A DNA stretch of 64,000 nucleotides. It comes from Minisyncoccota bacterium. GTDB lineage: Bacteria; Patescibacteriota; Microgenomatia; UBA1400; PJMF01. Every line of letters starts with the position of its first letter. The first letter of the stretch is position 1. Positions 30,414 to 39,866 of the stretch are shown in pieces. The notes below the pieces were generated by a model. The model searched no databases. It was not told the DNA's origin and saw only the letters and a program-made list of their open reading frames with translations. The stretch spans positions 8,908 to 72,907 of the forward strand of contig PJMF01000012.1 of NCBI GenBank assembly GCA_003173865.1, in the 5' to 3' direction. Position numbers and translations under genes: made by a program.

Positions 30414-31676
30414 CTAAAATAAATCCTCGCTCGTAATACTTTTACTCCTTTTGTTGTAATTAATTGATCGTTTCACAAAAAAGTCTCCGTGCTTGGTCGC
30501 AATAATTTCATCGTCAAACCACTCGGTTTGTTCAAGCAGTTTTTTATCAATCGAAAAAAGACTCTGCAACCCAATACTCTTGAGCGAGTTATTCAGACGA
30601 TTTTTAATAAACTCTTTAATCACTGCTTTTGGCAAAAAGTCTAGTTCACCTTCTTCAAAGATCCAGTCGATGATGTCACTTTCTGCGTCATAAGCAGTCT
30701 GACATGACTGCAGAATCAGCTCTTTAAAGTGACCATCAAACCAGTCCGGATTTTCTTCTTTGATAATATTAATCACGTCAATTCCAAACAGCCCATGAAT
30801 TTGTTCTTCTTTAGAAGTAGCCTCGACCGCGTTCGAAATCCCTTTAAACATATTTTTAAATTTATTAAACGACATGATGATCAAAAATTGTGAGAAAAGT
30901 GAAACGTGCTCAATAAAAAGCGAGAAAAGTAAAATCGAACGGGTATACTCTTTGTTATCTTCACTTTTTGCAGTCGCGAGCGCAGTACTTAAGTAGTGAA
31001 TCCGTTCATTCATCACGGGAATCTTGAGAATGCGTTCGAACTCACTGTTCAATCCGAGCACTTCTAGTAAATGAGAGTACGCATCAAAATGCCTGACTTC
31101 ACTCTCCGCAAATGTATACCCGACTGCACCAATTTCGGGCTTCGGAAGTTTTTTAAATAAATCGCCCCAGAAAGTTTTGACTGAAACTTCAATCTGGGAA
31201 ATTGCCAGCATCGTATTCTTCAACGCATTTCGTTCGGCTTTCGTGGTGTTTACTTTAAAATCTTGGATGTCCGCTGTGTAGTTAAACTCTGTGTGCAACC
31301 AATACGAGTGACGAATAGCGTCTACATACTCAGCCAATTGAGGATATTCATAAGGCTTGAGAGGAACTCTCTTTTTGAAGATATCTTTTTTGCGTTCAAG
31401 TCGTTTTTTTTCGCGATACAGAATGTACGCTTTCGCCACTACGAGAAAATTACTTTCCATTAAGGTTTCTTCCACAATGTCTTGAATTTTTTCGACTGTT
31501 AAAGGATGTTTGTTACTTTTCTTCAGTTTAATTTCTACCTTCAGCGAAACTTTTTTGGCATCTGGTTTGGTGCCCACTTTGACGGCTTTCATTGCCGCCC
31601 AAATCGCTTTGGTGATTTTTTCGTTATTGTAGGTTTCTAAAGTACCATCTCTTTTTTCGATTTGCGTTATCTTCAT
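30414..31676 (-). CDS. nrdB: Class I ribonucleotide reductase beta subunit with N-terminal ATP-cone (NrdBi-like)
   Basis: N-terminus IEKRDGTLETYNNEKITKAIWAAMKAV is an ATP-cone. Ferritin-like ExxH iron-ligand pairs (ESEVRH, EEQIH). ATG at 31676 with an AGAGG Shine-Dalgarno. Confidence 0.75.
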   Translation of the reverse strand: MKITQIEKRDGTLETYNNEKITKAIWAAMKAVKVGTKPDAKKVSLKVEIKLKKSNKHPLTVEKIQDIVEETLMESNFLVVAKAYILYREKKRLERKKDIFKKRVPLKPYEYPQLAEYVDAIRHSYWLHTEFNYTADIQDFKVNTTKAERNALKNTMLAISQIEVSVKTFWGDLFKKLPKPEIGAVGYTFAESEVRHFDAYSHLLEVLGLNSEFERILKIPVMNERIHYLSTALATAKSEDNKEYTRSILLFSLFIEHVSLFSQFLIIMSFNKFKNMFKGISNAVEATSKEEQIHGLFGIDVINIIKEENPDWFDGHFKELILQSCQTAYDAESDIIDWIFEEGELDFLPKAVIKEFIKNRLNNSLKSIGLQSLFSIDKKLLEQTEWFDDEIIATKHGDFFVKRSINYNKRSKSITSEDLF

Positions 31677-31680
31677 AAGT

Positions 31681-31900
31681 GCCTCTATAACAAAAAGCCA
31701 CCTTCGAGAGGTGGACAAATACGACTGCATACTCCAGCCGATGTTCCTTGCTCGAGAAATTAAAAGAAGATTCAGGCAGTCTGACTTATCCGTTTAAGGA
31801 CATTACAGTTACGGCATAGCCGTGGAATCGCACCACACTTCCCCTGACGGGCTGAGGTCTGATTCTCAGTATCTTCTGCTATTTAGTTTCTGTAATCAAT
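31681..31900 (-). promoter_or_regulatory. Putative cobalamin riboswitch with intrinsic terminator, in the 5' leader of nrdB-nrdA
   Basis: Minus-strand leader contains AGGGGAAGUGUGGUGCGAUUCCACGGCUAUGCCGUAACUGUAA and AAGUCAGACUGCCUG. These resemble the cobalamin core (AGGGAA..GGUG.AA.UCC..GCC.ACUG) and the B12 box (AGYCAGG..CC.GCC). A CCACCU-loop-AGGUGG hairpin plus a U-run follows at 31689-31714, just before the Shine-Dalgarno. Confidence 0.45.
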
Positions 31901-31927
31901 ATAACATACTAGGGATTGTGTTTGTCA

Positions 31928-32608
31928 ATGATTCGAATTCTTCCTCAGCAATCCTCTTTTTTCTTGTTGTCGAGTTTGATAATATCGGAACACATGGATA
32001 ATTCTTCAGAAAAACGGAACTATAGAGAACAAATTATTTCCTCTCATCAAGAAGATGGTTTGACAACTGCTGAAATAAGAAAGGCTTTGTGTGAACGATT
32101 AGAAAATGGAATTACCGTGGAATTAGAGGGTAACAAGAAAGTAGTTTTTAGACTTAAAAAAGAGATTCCGGAAGGTGTCCCTGCAATTATTTGGAGAATC
32201 GCTGTTGACACAACAACTGGAAATGAATTGGCATTTTGTCAAGCAGAAACAGGAGAAGATAACGTGCAGGCTTACGATTTACAGAAATACTACACTGCAT
32301 TTGCACCACCTGAACTGAGAGGAAAAGGACTTATTACTAATTGTAATGCCCTCCTCTTTCAAGTTTTGCGAGAAAAAAATGTAACGTCAGTGATTTCCGT
32401 TATTAATAGCACAAATATTGCTTCTATTCGCACTAAACTCTCTACACCTGACATCGTGGGCGGTGGCTATTTTTATTCAGAAATTACTAATATCACTCAC
32501 AACGATGAGCTTCACACGAGTCATTATGAAATCACGACATATTTAGATGATGCAAAAAAAATTGAACAGCCTCAAGTTTTTGATCCAAAAAAAAACTTAT
32601 TGACCTAA
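31928..32608 (+). CDS. Hypothetical protein, possibly GNAT-like acyltransferase
   Basis: Central ELRGKGLITN resembles a GNAT acyl-CoA-binding loop. Start uncertain: ATG at 31928 or 31994; the 31916 start in the ORF track is a TTG. Confidence 0.35.
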   Translation: MIRILPQQSSFFLLSSLIISEHMDNSSEKRNYREQIISSHQEDGLTTAEIRKALCERLENGITVELEGNKKVVFRLKKEIPEGVPAIIWRIAVDTTTGNELAFCQAETGEDNVQAYDLQKYYTAFAPPELRGKGLITNCNALLFQVLREKNVTSVISVINSTNIASIRTKLSTPDIVGGGYFYSEITNITHNDELHTSHYEITTYLDDAKKIEQPQVFDPKKNLLT

Positions 32609-33178
32609 AAACTCTTTCAACTTTGCTACTGCGCGCGCACGATGACTTATCATATTCTTCATTTTGGGGCCAAGTTGTGCAAATGTTTGGTCGTATCCTT
32701 CAGGAATAAAAATGTAGTCGTATTCAAAACCTGAGTCGCCTGCTTCTGCAAAAGCAATTGTCCCTTTTACCTCGCCACGAAAAAAATGATGAGTCTTTAA
32801 AACTGGGTCATATACACAAAGCACAGCCACAAACTTCGCAGATCGGTCACTGGAGTTTTTTAATAACTCAAGTACATAATGATTGCGATCACTTGCAGAC
32901 CCTTTAATAAAACGTTTCGAGTGAACTCCCGGTCGCCCACCTAAGGCGCTCACTTCTAATCCTGAATCATCGGCAATTGTCACCATCCCACTTTTTTCTG
33001 CAAACGCACGCGCCTTAAGAAAAGCATTTTCTTCAAATGTCTGACCAGTTTCTTCGACATCAAAATCAGATCCGATCCCAACTGCACTGGGTCCAATTAA
33101 CTCAACATCTGGAAGATGAACGAGCTGTTCTAACTCACGCCGCTTGTGTTCGTTTTGACTTGCAAGAAGAAGACGCAT
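32597..33178 (-). CDS. rdgB: Non-canonical purine NTP pyrophosphatase (RdgB/HAM1)
   Basis: MRLLLASQNEHKRRE N-terminus and HAM1-family length of about 194 aa. ATG at 33178. Confidence 0.8.
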   Translation of the reverse strand: MRLLLASQNEHKRRELEQLVHLPDVELIGPSAVGIGSDFDVEETGQTFEENAFLKARAFAEKSGMVTIADDSGLEVSALGGRPGVHSKRFIKGSASDRNHYVLELLKNSSDRSAKFVAVLCVYDPVLKTHHFFRGEVKGTIAFAEAGDSGFEYDYIFIPEGYDQTFAQLGPKMKNMISHRARAVAKLKEFLGQ

Positions 33179-33194
33179 GCAGTCCTCGAGAACT

Positions 33195-33482
33195 TTAGTT
33201 TTGACTACCACCAAGCATGCCACCAAGACCACCAGTCATTTGTTGTAACTTCTTGGCGGCCAGTTCTTGAGATTTCTTAACTGCCTTATTTAACACATCA
33301 ATGACATCTTGACTTTGAATTCCTTGAACTGACAACTCGATAAATTGCTGATCACCACGAATCTTGACGACAATGTCACCTTCTTCAATGGTAATAATCT
33401 CTTCAGCAAGTTCTTGTTGCATTTGTTTGGCCTGCTTACGGAGTTGATTAAGGTCACCTAATGCTTTCAATGGATTTGCCAT
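33195..33482 (-). CDS. ybaB: YbaB/EbfC nucleoid-associated protein
   Basis: 95 aa with a GDLNQLRKQAKQMQQEL N-terminus. Lies downstream of dnaX as in the conserved dnaX-ybaB arrangement. AAGGAG Shine-Dalgarno. Confidence 0.8.
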   Translation of the reverse strand: MANPLKALGDLNQLRKQAKQMQQELAEEIITIEEGDIVVKIRGDQQFIELSVQGIQSQDVIDVLNKAVKKSQELAAKKLQQMTGGLGGMLGGSQN

Positions 33483-33529
33483 ACGGCTCCTTTAATAAAG
33501 TTACTTCCTTAATAATTGTGGTGATTGTA

Positions 33530-35119
33530 CTACACTAGTATTTCTTTAGCGAGCTGAATCAAGTGATCTTCTTCGTTTACTTGACCAGAAACGCTGGAGA
33601 GCTGGGCACCTACCTTCGCATGATCAGCCAAAATAAACTCGAGAAGTACACGTGCTCCCAAAGTCGACTCGAGACATTCTTCCAAAATTGCCAAAAATTT
33701 GGGTTGTTGCAGCTGCTCTCGATGAAATTGATAATAGACTTCAATCTTGGCTTTCTGACCTTCCGTTGAGACTATTTTGGAGGAACGCAGCAGTGCGGCA
33801 ATTGAAGAGTTGCGCTGATGAACTCGTAGTAAAAACTCATCCCATTTTTCCAGTAACAGTTCGGCTTGTACAAATCCAACAGTAGTAGAGGGACTCACTG
33901 TTTCGTATTGTTTTTCCGGGACCGTTGGCAGAGGTGCTAAAGTGATCGAGGTCGGTTCAACATTCACCACTTCTTTAGCGACTTGACTTCCCGGAGTTTG
34001 AGGTGATGGAGGTGAGTTTTTTGGTTCAGAGCCTTCGCGCTCTTTCGCTTTAAATACGAGTTCTAAGGCCTTTAACTCCAACGGTAAAAAAGGAACGGTA
34101 TTTGTCTGTTCTATCTTCACGCTACTCAAATGGGTTAATAAATAATGAGAAATTTTTGCGGTAAACTCAGCTGCTCCTGGACCTTCGGTAACTGCAGTCA
34201 GTAACTGTTGATGCAGATACTCCAGTAAACGTTTGTGAAAAGTGACTGGATCTTTGCCTGCAGCTCGTTGGTCTTGAAAGATACTCACGACTTTCTCAGG
34301 CTGTTTTTGGATAATTGCGTTGAGTAGTTGTTTGAGAGTACTTTGCTCGGGACTTTTGAGAACTTCTCTGACACTCGCTTCTGTAATGTTTGCTTGACCA
34401 TTGGCAACACTTTCGAGTAACTTCACTCCATCCCGGAAACTCCCATCAGCAGCTTCAATAACTAACTGCAGTGCGGCAGGCTCAAAAGCAATTTTTTCTT
34501 GTTCTAAAATTGCCTGCAGTGCGGTTAAGAGCTCTTTGTGAGTCGCACGATAAAACTGGATGACTGTACATCTCGACACAATTGTGGGTGGTACTTTTTG
34601 TAACTCGGTAGTAGCTAAAATAAAAACAACGTGCGCAGGCGGCTCTTCGAGAATTTTAAGGAGAGCATTGAACGCCTCAGTCGTTAACATATGCACTTCA
34701 TCAAGAATATAGACTGCGACGAGACCATCCTGTGGCGGCAACATTATTCGCTCTTTTAAGAGTCGAATGTCATCAATTCCACGGTGACTTGCGGCATCCA
34801 TTTCAGTTACGACAAATGAAGTGCCACGTTGGATGCGTTGTACCACTTCATTTGTTTGGTCTGGTTCTTGAAAGACAAGTTTTTTTGTTGTCGGTTTTTT
34901 TCCAAAAAAAATAGTTTCGACCGTGGCGGCATTGTGAGGATCGTTCAATAAAGCTCCAACAATTCGCGCGGTTGACGTCTTGCCTGTTCCCTTTGGTCCA
35001 GTAAAAAGCAGTGCATGAGGGAAATTTCCTGCAGTTATCATTTTCTGCATCGCTTCACGCACTGCAGTCAGATGCAAACCAGCAATTGTAGTAGGGCGAT
35101 ACGTTCTGTACCAAGACAT
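33530..35119 (-). CDS. dnaX: DNA polymerase III subunit gamma/tau
   Basis: N-terminus MSWYRTYRPTTIAGLHL and Walker A GPKGTGKTS, with AAA+ and clamp-loader domains. Confidence 0.9.
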   Translation of the reverse strand: MSWYRTYRPTTIAGLHLTAVREAMQKMITAGNFPHALLFTGPKGTGKTSTARIVGALLNDPHNAATVETIFFGKKPTTKKLVFQEPDQTNEVVQRIQRGTSFVVTEMDAASHRGIDDIRLLKERIMLPPQDGLVAVYILDEVHMLTTEAFNALLKILEEPPAHVVFILATTELQKVPPTIVSRCTVIQFYRATHKELLTALQAILEQEKIAFEPAALQLVIEAADGSFRDGVKLLESVANGQANITEASVREVLKSPEQSTLKQLLNAIIQKQPEKVVSIFQDQRAAGKDPVTFHKRLLEYLHQQLLTAVTEGPGAAEFTAKISHYLLTHLSSVKIEQTNTVPFLPLELKALELVFKAKEREGSEPKNSPPSPQTPGSQVAKEVVNVEPTSITLAPLPTVPEKQYETVSPSTTVGFVQAELLLEKWDEFLLRVHQRNSSIAALLRSSKIVSTEGQKAKIEVYYQFHREQLQQPKFLAILEECLESTLGARVLLEFILADHAKVGAQLSSVSGQVNEEDHLIQLAKEILV

Positions 35120-35203
35120 ACTGTTTTTCTTCTTTTTAATTAAGCAGCATCTGCGACCGCGGTTGGAGCAATCTCGTTTTTCTTATACGTGTGTATCCTC
35201 CTG

Positions 35204-35596
35204 CTATTCTTCGTGATGATACCCTAAAAGATGCATGAGACCATGTTCGATGAAAAAACAAATCTGGTCATCAACCATTTTTCCATAACGGCGTGCGTGT
35301 TGAATTGCTTCGGGATAACTCACAACGATATCACCCAAATGGGGTGGCACTCCGTCAGGCAACGGAAAATCATCATGTTGATGCCGTTCATGTTGTGGAA
35401 AAGAAAGAACATCTGTCGTTCCCTCATGCTTTAACTCTGATTCATTGAGCTCTTTGATTTTGCGCGCACCAACAATTGAGATATCAACTTGAGCAGATTC
35501 TACTTTATTTTCTTTTAGGACACGTTCTACGGTGGCGCGAATTTTTTTGCGCCCAACCGGATAACGCGACTGAACAAAAAGATTAATTAGGATCAT
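35204..35596 (-). CDS. ybeY: Endoribonuclease YbeY (rRNA maturation factor)
   Basis: C-terminal zinc motif HGLMHLLGYHH in a protein of about 130 aa. Confidence 0.85.
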   Translation of the reverse strand: MILINLFVQSRYPVGRKKIRATVERVLKENKVESAQVDISIVGARKIKELNESELKHEGTTDVLSFPQHERHQHDDFPLPDGVPPHLGDIVVSYPEAIQHARRYGKMVDDQICFFIEHGLMHLLGYHHEE

Positions 35597-35600
35597 AAAA

Positions 35601-36260
35601 TTACTTATATCGTAGGTCTATTACTCCCAACGGAACCTTGTTTTCCTCATCATCAACAAAGAGAACAAATACTTTCCCTCTACTTTTTATACTCCATAAA
35701 AGACCTTCACGCACCACTTCTGGCGAAGCCCCAAACTGATACTGCATCCACTCAGCTGGGCCTATGGTGCCTATCTTCCCAACAACAGCTCTTTCTTCAG
35801 CAGGATTAATGACAATCATCTTCCGCCATTTGTACCAATTTTTGGACTCCGGATCAAGTGAAGGCCACCCTTCCACGAAATCGGCCTGCACGGCCAGAAA
35901 GTATTTTTCGGCAAGTCGCGTTTCCGAAGTTAATTGACCCATTTGGGTAAACCATCCAAACATTCCTCGAGTTTTTTCTAAGCCAGCTTCACGGTACTCA
36001 TCGTGAAGAGCAAGCTGATCTGTAGGGTAACGACGAAGATGTGCAAGCGCTTTGATCTTGCCAATTGAATGATTCAGGCGATGCCCTTCAAGCTCAGCTA
36101 CAACTTGAAATCCGAGCATGTCGCTGAGCTGCTGTTCTAAATATAATTCGTCTTGTTTAGGAAGGTGCCCCGCTGGCTTTTGCACTGCATCAATGATTTT
36201 TTGAAGTACAGCCGCATGTTCCTCTTCTGAGATTTGCAGATAGATAGGAGTATTACTCAT
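35601..36260 (-). CDS. Hypothetical protein
   Basis: 219-aa ORF with good codon continuity between ybeY and gltX. No recognised motif. Confidence 0.5.
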   Translation of the reverse strand: MSNTPIYLQISEEEHAAVLQKIIDAVQKPAGHLPKQDELYLEQQLSDMLGFQVVAELEGHRLNHSIGKIKALAHLRRYPTDQLALHDEYREAGLEKTRGMFGWFTQMGQLTSETRLAEKYFLAVQADFVEGWPSLDPESKNWYKWRKMIVINPAEERAVVGKIGTIGPAEWMQYQFGASPEVVREGLLWSIKSRGKVFVLFVDDEENKVPLGVIDLRYK

Positions 36261-36292
36261 AGTGTGGGATCTATTGTGACATAGGCAACGAA

Positions 36293-37738
36293 TCAGTGAA
36301 AGTGGATTGTGAGTCTTTTCAAAACTTCTTCCCGGCCAATAACACGCATTGTTTCAAAAAGTGGTGGAGTTGCTTGCTGACCAGTGACCGCAATACGTAA
36401 CATCATAAAGTATTGACTCTTCTTCCAGTTATTTTTTTCTTGCAGTTGGCGAATAGACTCTTCTAGAGCTTCGTGACTCTGCCAACTTGCCTCCGGCGTG
36501 AGTACTTCTCTCGTGACTTTGAGTTGCGATTCTACTTCTTCAAGTGATGATTTTTTCAGTAGCTCATCACGATCAACAGTAATTGGACGAAAGAAAAAAC
36601 TGGTTAACCCTTCAACGTCCTTCAATGTTACTAATCGCTCCAGAATGAGTGGTAAAATGTGGTCAAGTCGCTCTCGAGGAAAATCACTGGGTAAAAAGGG
36701 TTCTAAGCGATGCTTTAAGTCTTCTACGGACAAATTACGAATATAGATTCCATTCATCCAATCAAGTTTTTTTGTGTCAAACACGGGGCCAGTTTTTTGA
36801 ATACGATCGAGTGACATCACATCCAAAAATTCAGACAGCGAGAAAATTTCTTTTCCTTCTGGATGTGACCAACCTAATAACGCAATGAAGTTGAGGAGCG
36901 CTTCTGGCAGGTACCCTCGATCACGATAACTTAAGATGGAAACATCATTTTTACGTTTCGACAACTTGCTTTTGTCAGCATTTCGAATCAGCGGCATGTG
37001 AGCAAGGAAAGGCATCTCCCAACCCAATGCTCGGTAAAGCAAAATATGCTTGGGCGTACTGCTAATCCACTCTTCACCCCGTAAAAGATGTGTGATCTTC
37101 ATTAAATGATCATCAACTACCACGGCAAGATGATACGTTGGGAAACCATCAGACTTCATTAACACTTGATCATCAACAGCACTCGATTCAAACTCCACGT
37201 GACCCCGAATTAAATCTTCCCAACTAATTACACCCACATCTGGCACTTTCAAACGAATTACATGTGGCTCGTTGGCCTTCAGTTTTTGTTGAACATCATC
37301 AGAACTTAATCCGCAGCAGAGACGATCATATTTGGGAAGTAGACCAGCTTTTTGTTGGTCGTTGCGCATTTGAGTAAGTCGTTCAGCTGAACAAAAACAG
37401 TAATACGCATCTCCTTGGGCAATCAGTTCTTGAGCATATTTTTGATAGACATCCAAACGCTCTGACTGCTTGTACGGCGCATACGGTCCACCCTTTTGGC
37501 CTCCTTCATCATACTCAATACCCAACCACTCAAAAGCTTCGTAAATTTTTGCTTCTGCATCTTCTACAAAGCGGGTGCGATCTGTGTCTTCGATGCGTAT
37601 GAGAAACTGTCCACCCGATTGGCGAGCAAGTGCCAAATCAAACATCGACATCCACGCCGTCCCGACATGTGCAATTCCCGTGGGACTTGGAGCAATACGT
37701 GTTCGTTTCGGCCCGGTAAATGAAGAAGTATGCGACAT
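36293..37738 (-). CDS. gltX: Glutamate--tRNA ligase
   Basis: PSPTGIAHVG (HIGH-type motif) and KLSKR (KMSKS-type motif), class I GluRS. ATG at 37738; the 37753 start in the ORF track is a TTG. Confidence 0.9.
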   Translation of the reverse strand: MSHTSSFTGPKRTRIAPSPTGIAHVGTAWMSMFDLALARQSGGQFLIRIEDTDRTRFVEDAEAKIYEAFEWLGIEYDEGGQKGGPYAPYKQSERLDVYQKYAQELIAQGDAYYCFCSAERLTQMRNDQQKAGLLPKYDRLCCGLSSDDVQQKLKANEPHVIRLKVPDVGVISWEDLIRGHVEFESSAVDDQVLMKSDGFPTYHLAVVVDDHLMKITHLLRGEEWISSTPKHILLYRALGWEMPFLAHMPLIRNADKSKLSKRKNDVSILSYRDRGYLPEALLNFIALLGWSHPEGKEIFSLSEFLDVMSLDRIQKTGPVFDTKKLDWMNGIYIRNLSVEDLKHRLEPFLPSDFPRERLDHILPLILERLVTLKDVEGLTSFFFRPITVDRDELLKKSSLEEVESQLKVTREVLTPEASWQSHEALEESIRQLQEKNNWKKSQYFMMLRIAVTGQQATPPLFETMRVIGREEVLKRLTIHFH

Positions 37739-37770
37739 CAAGCGATTATACAATTAAACCGCCCATTGCA

Positions 37771-38868
37771 CTACGGAGAGGTACTCGGTTGAGCTGTACT
37801 ACTTTGAATGTATCGAGGATCAACAGCTGGAACATACCCAATAAAACCGCCATCTCCTACAAAAATATAAATCGGTTGCAAGTAATCTTGTTCTTGAAAA
37901 TCATCATAGTAACCAATCCCCACATTACGAATTGTGGCGGTAGATGTATTGCCTTTATTCACGATAAATCCTTGGCCAGCCTGTAAAGTTTGCCACGCAG
38001 ATTGGACCGATCGAATGGGATACGTCTCGGGTTGGGTATAGTCAACTGGATGGTATCGATACTCAAGTTCGACAATTTGATCGTTTCCTGTCAAACCCCC
38101 ACTCAGCACAGCGTGAATAATGCCTTCTCTCCCTTTTGTCGTAAATAACGGATAAATACTGTCAATCGGGGGTCGCTGAATGTTTACTTCAACTAAGTTT
38201 GCATCAGAAACGGACACAGCAGGAGTAATGTCACTTCCAAATGACTTTAAGAAGCTCGTTTGACCTGACATCGTCGCAATATCCGCGCCCAAGGTAACTC
38301 CATTGGCGATAAATGATCGGACGGTGGACACTGCTGTATCTGCATCGGGAAGATTTTTATTTGAAAATAATTCTGGTACCGACATGTAGTTCGTCGTAAT
38401 CGAAAAGTCACTATTTTGTAAATCCATTTCCAGAGTAGATTGCAAAGGCTGTGCCTTCGTCCAGCGATACGTACGTTGATTTAGAATAATTGGAGCAGAA
38501 AGATACCCTAAATTTGCTGCAGCTTCTTTTGCTTTTTGATCTGCTAACAAATCTAACGAAGCTTTTGGCATGTAAAAAACTTTCGCTCGATCTTTAAATC
38601 GCGGAAACTGACCACTGGCTGTTTGCAGCTGATAAGAACTCGGTTTGTCACTTGCCGTTTGCGCCGGAAATCGCAGTGGAGGCAGTGCTCCAAAACCGAC
38701 TGTAGGGGGAGGTGGTGGCGCCGGATGAGTTGCTGCCCAGTATGATGTGGCAGCGCTCAAAAATGTTTTTCCTACTGTTAACGTAATCAATGCAACAATA
38801 CCAAACTTAATAAAAAGTCGACCATAGTAAGCAAGCTGGGTTAACGTTAAACCCGATTGTGATTCCAT
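37771..38868 (-). CDS. Hypothetical membrane-anchored extracytoplasmic protein
   Basis: N-terminal TM (LFIKFGIVALITLTV) followed by a Pro-rich stretch and a large hydrophilic domain. Immediately downstream of the dacC-like gene. Confidence 0.45.
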   Translation of the reverse strand: MESQSGLTLTQLAYYGRLFIKFGIVALITLTVGKTFLSAATSYWAATHPAPPPPPTVGFGALPPLRFPAQTASDKPSSYQLQTASGQFPRFKDRAKVFYMPKASLDLLADQKAKEAAANLGYLSAPIILNQRTYRWTKAQPLQSTLEMDLQNSDFSITTNYMSVPELFSNKNLPDADTAVSTVRSFIANGVTLGADIATMSGQTSFLKSFGSDITPAVSVSDANLVEVNIQRPPIDSIYPLFTTKGREGIIHAVLSGGLTGNDQIVELEYRYHPVDYTQPETYPIRSVQSAWQTLQAGQGFIVNKGNTSTATIRNVGIGYYDDFQEQDYLQPIYIFVGDGGFIGYVPAVDPRYIQSSTAQPSTSP

Positions 38869-38885
38869 TACTTCAGTGTAGCAAA

Positions 38886-39815
38886 TTACTGAATTGTTTC
38901 CCACTGATAATGCGCGAAGAGCCAATTAATCAGCCAAGTCGTTTCTGTAAAACGACTTTTACTCCCCAGCACGACCACAATCACTTGATGACCATTTCGA
39001 TCAATTTCAGTAATTAAATTTTCACCAGCAAACTCAGTGGTTCCGGTCTTCACCCCGACTACGCCGTCTACTACACCTAGCAGTTCTTGCGTCGTATTTA
39101 GTTGATGGGCATACTGACCAGTCACATCATGGATTGTGGTTTGTCTAGTTCCCACGACTTCACGCAGGATGGGGTCTTTCATCAGTTCATTTGCCAAGAT
39201 GGCGAGATCTCGCGCTGTAGTCAGTTGCGTTTGATCATCTAAACCAGATGGATTTTTAAAGATTGTTTTTGTTAAGTGAAGTTCGGCCGCTTTTTGGTTC
39301 ATGTCGTGTACAAAACCTTCGTACCCCTGGGGGTGATTATTTGCAAACACAAAAGCGGCGTCGTTACCCGAAGGAATTAAAAGTGCCTTGAGCAGCTCAT
39401 GCACTGTAATTTGCTCACCAACATGAAAATGAACTGTTGAGCCAGTGGCAAATGCTTCTTCGCCCACGGTAAGAACTTTATCGAGTGGATATAACTGACG
39501 CACAACCAACGCTGTCATCATCTTGGCAGTGGAGGCCGGATAGTGAGCTTGGTCAGCATTTTTTTGAAAAAGGACCGACCCCGATTGACGATCCATGACA
39601 TACGCCGAATCTGCTGTTAACGCGGCGGGTGAAAAATCAGCAGGTACTGCCGAGGGAGTCGCGACATCTTCAACAAAGAGGGGAAGCGTGACGTGCTGAA
39701 TTAATGGCAACGTTGGTGGAAGAGGCTGCACCGAGGAATGTTCACTTGGTTCTTCAGCTGACGTGAGGTATACAGGAACAACTAAAAACACCGCCAAAAG
39801 TAACACAATACTCAT
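38886..39815 (-). CDS. dacC: D-alanyl-D-alanine carboxypeptidase (peptidase S11, PBP5/6-like)
   Basis: Signal peptide followed by the active-site STAK (SxxK) motif in YPASTAKMMTALVV, and an SGN motif (IPSGND). Confidence 0.8.
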   Translation of the reverse strand: MSIVLLLAVFLVVPVYLTSAEEPSEHSSVQPLPPTLPLIQHVTLPLFVEDVATPSAVPADFSPAALTADSAYVMDRQSGSVLFQKNADQAHYPASTAKMMTALVVRQLYPLDKVLTVGEEAFATGSTVHFHVGEQITVHELLKALLIPSGNDAAFVFANNHPQGYEGFVHDMNQKAAELHLTKTIFKNPSGLDDQTQLTTARDLAILANELMKDPILREVVGTRQTTIHDVTGQYAHQLNTTQELLGVVDGVVGVKTGTTEFAGENLITEIDRNGHQVIVVVLGSKSRFTETTWLINWLFAHYQWETIQ

Positions 39816-39866
39816 CCACTGATCTACGCGCAGCTTTGGTACATTTTGCACAGAGATTATTGTAGC

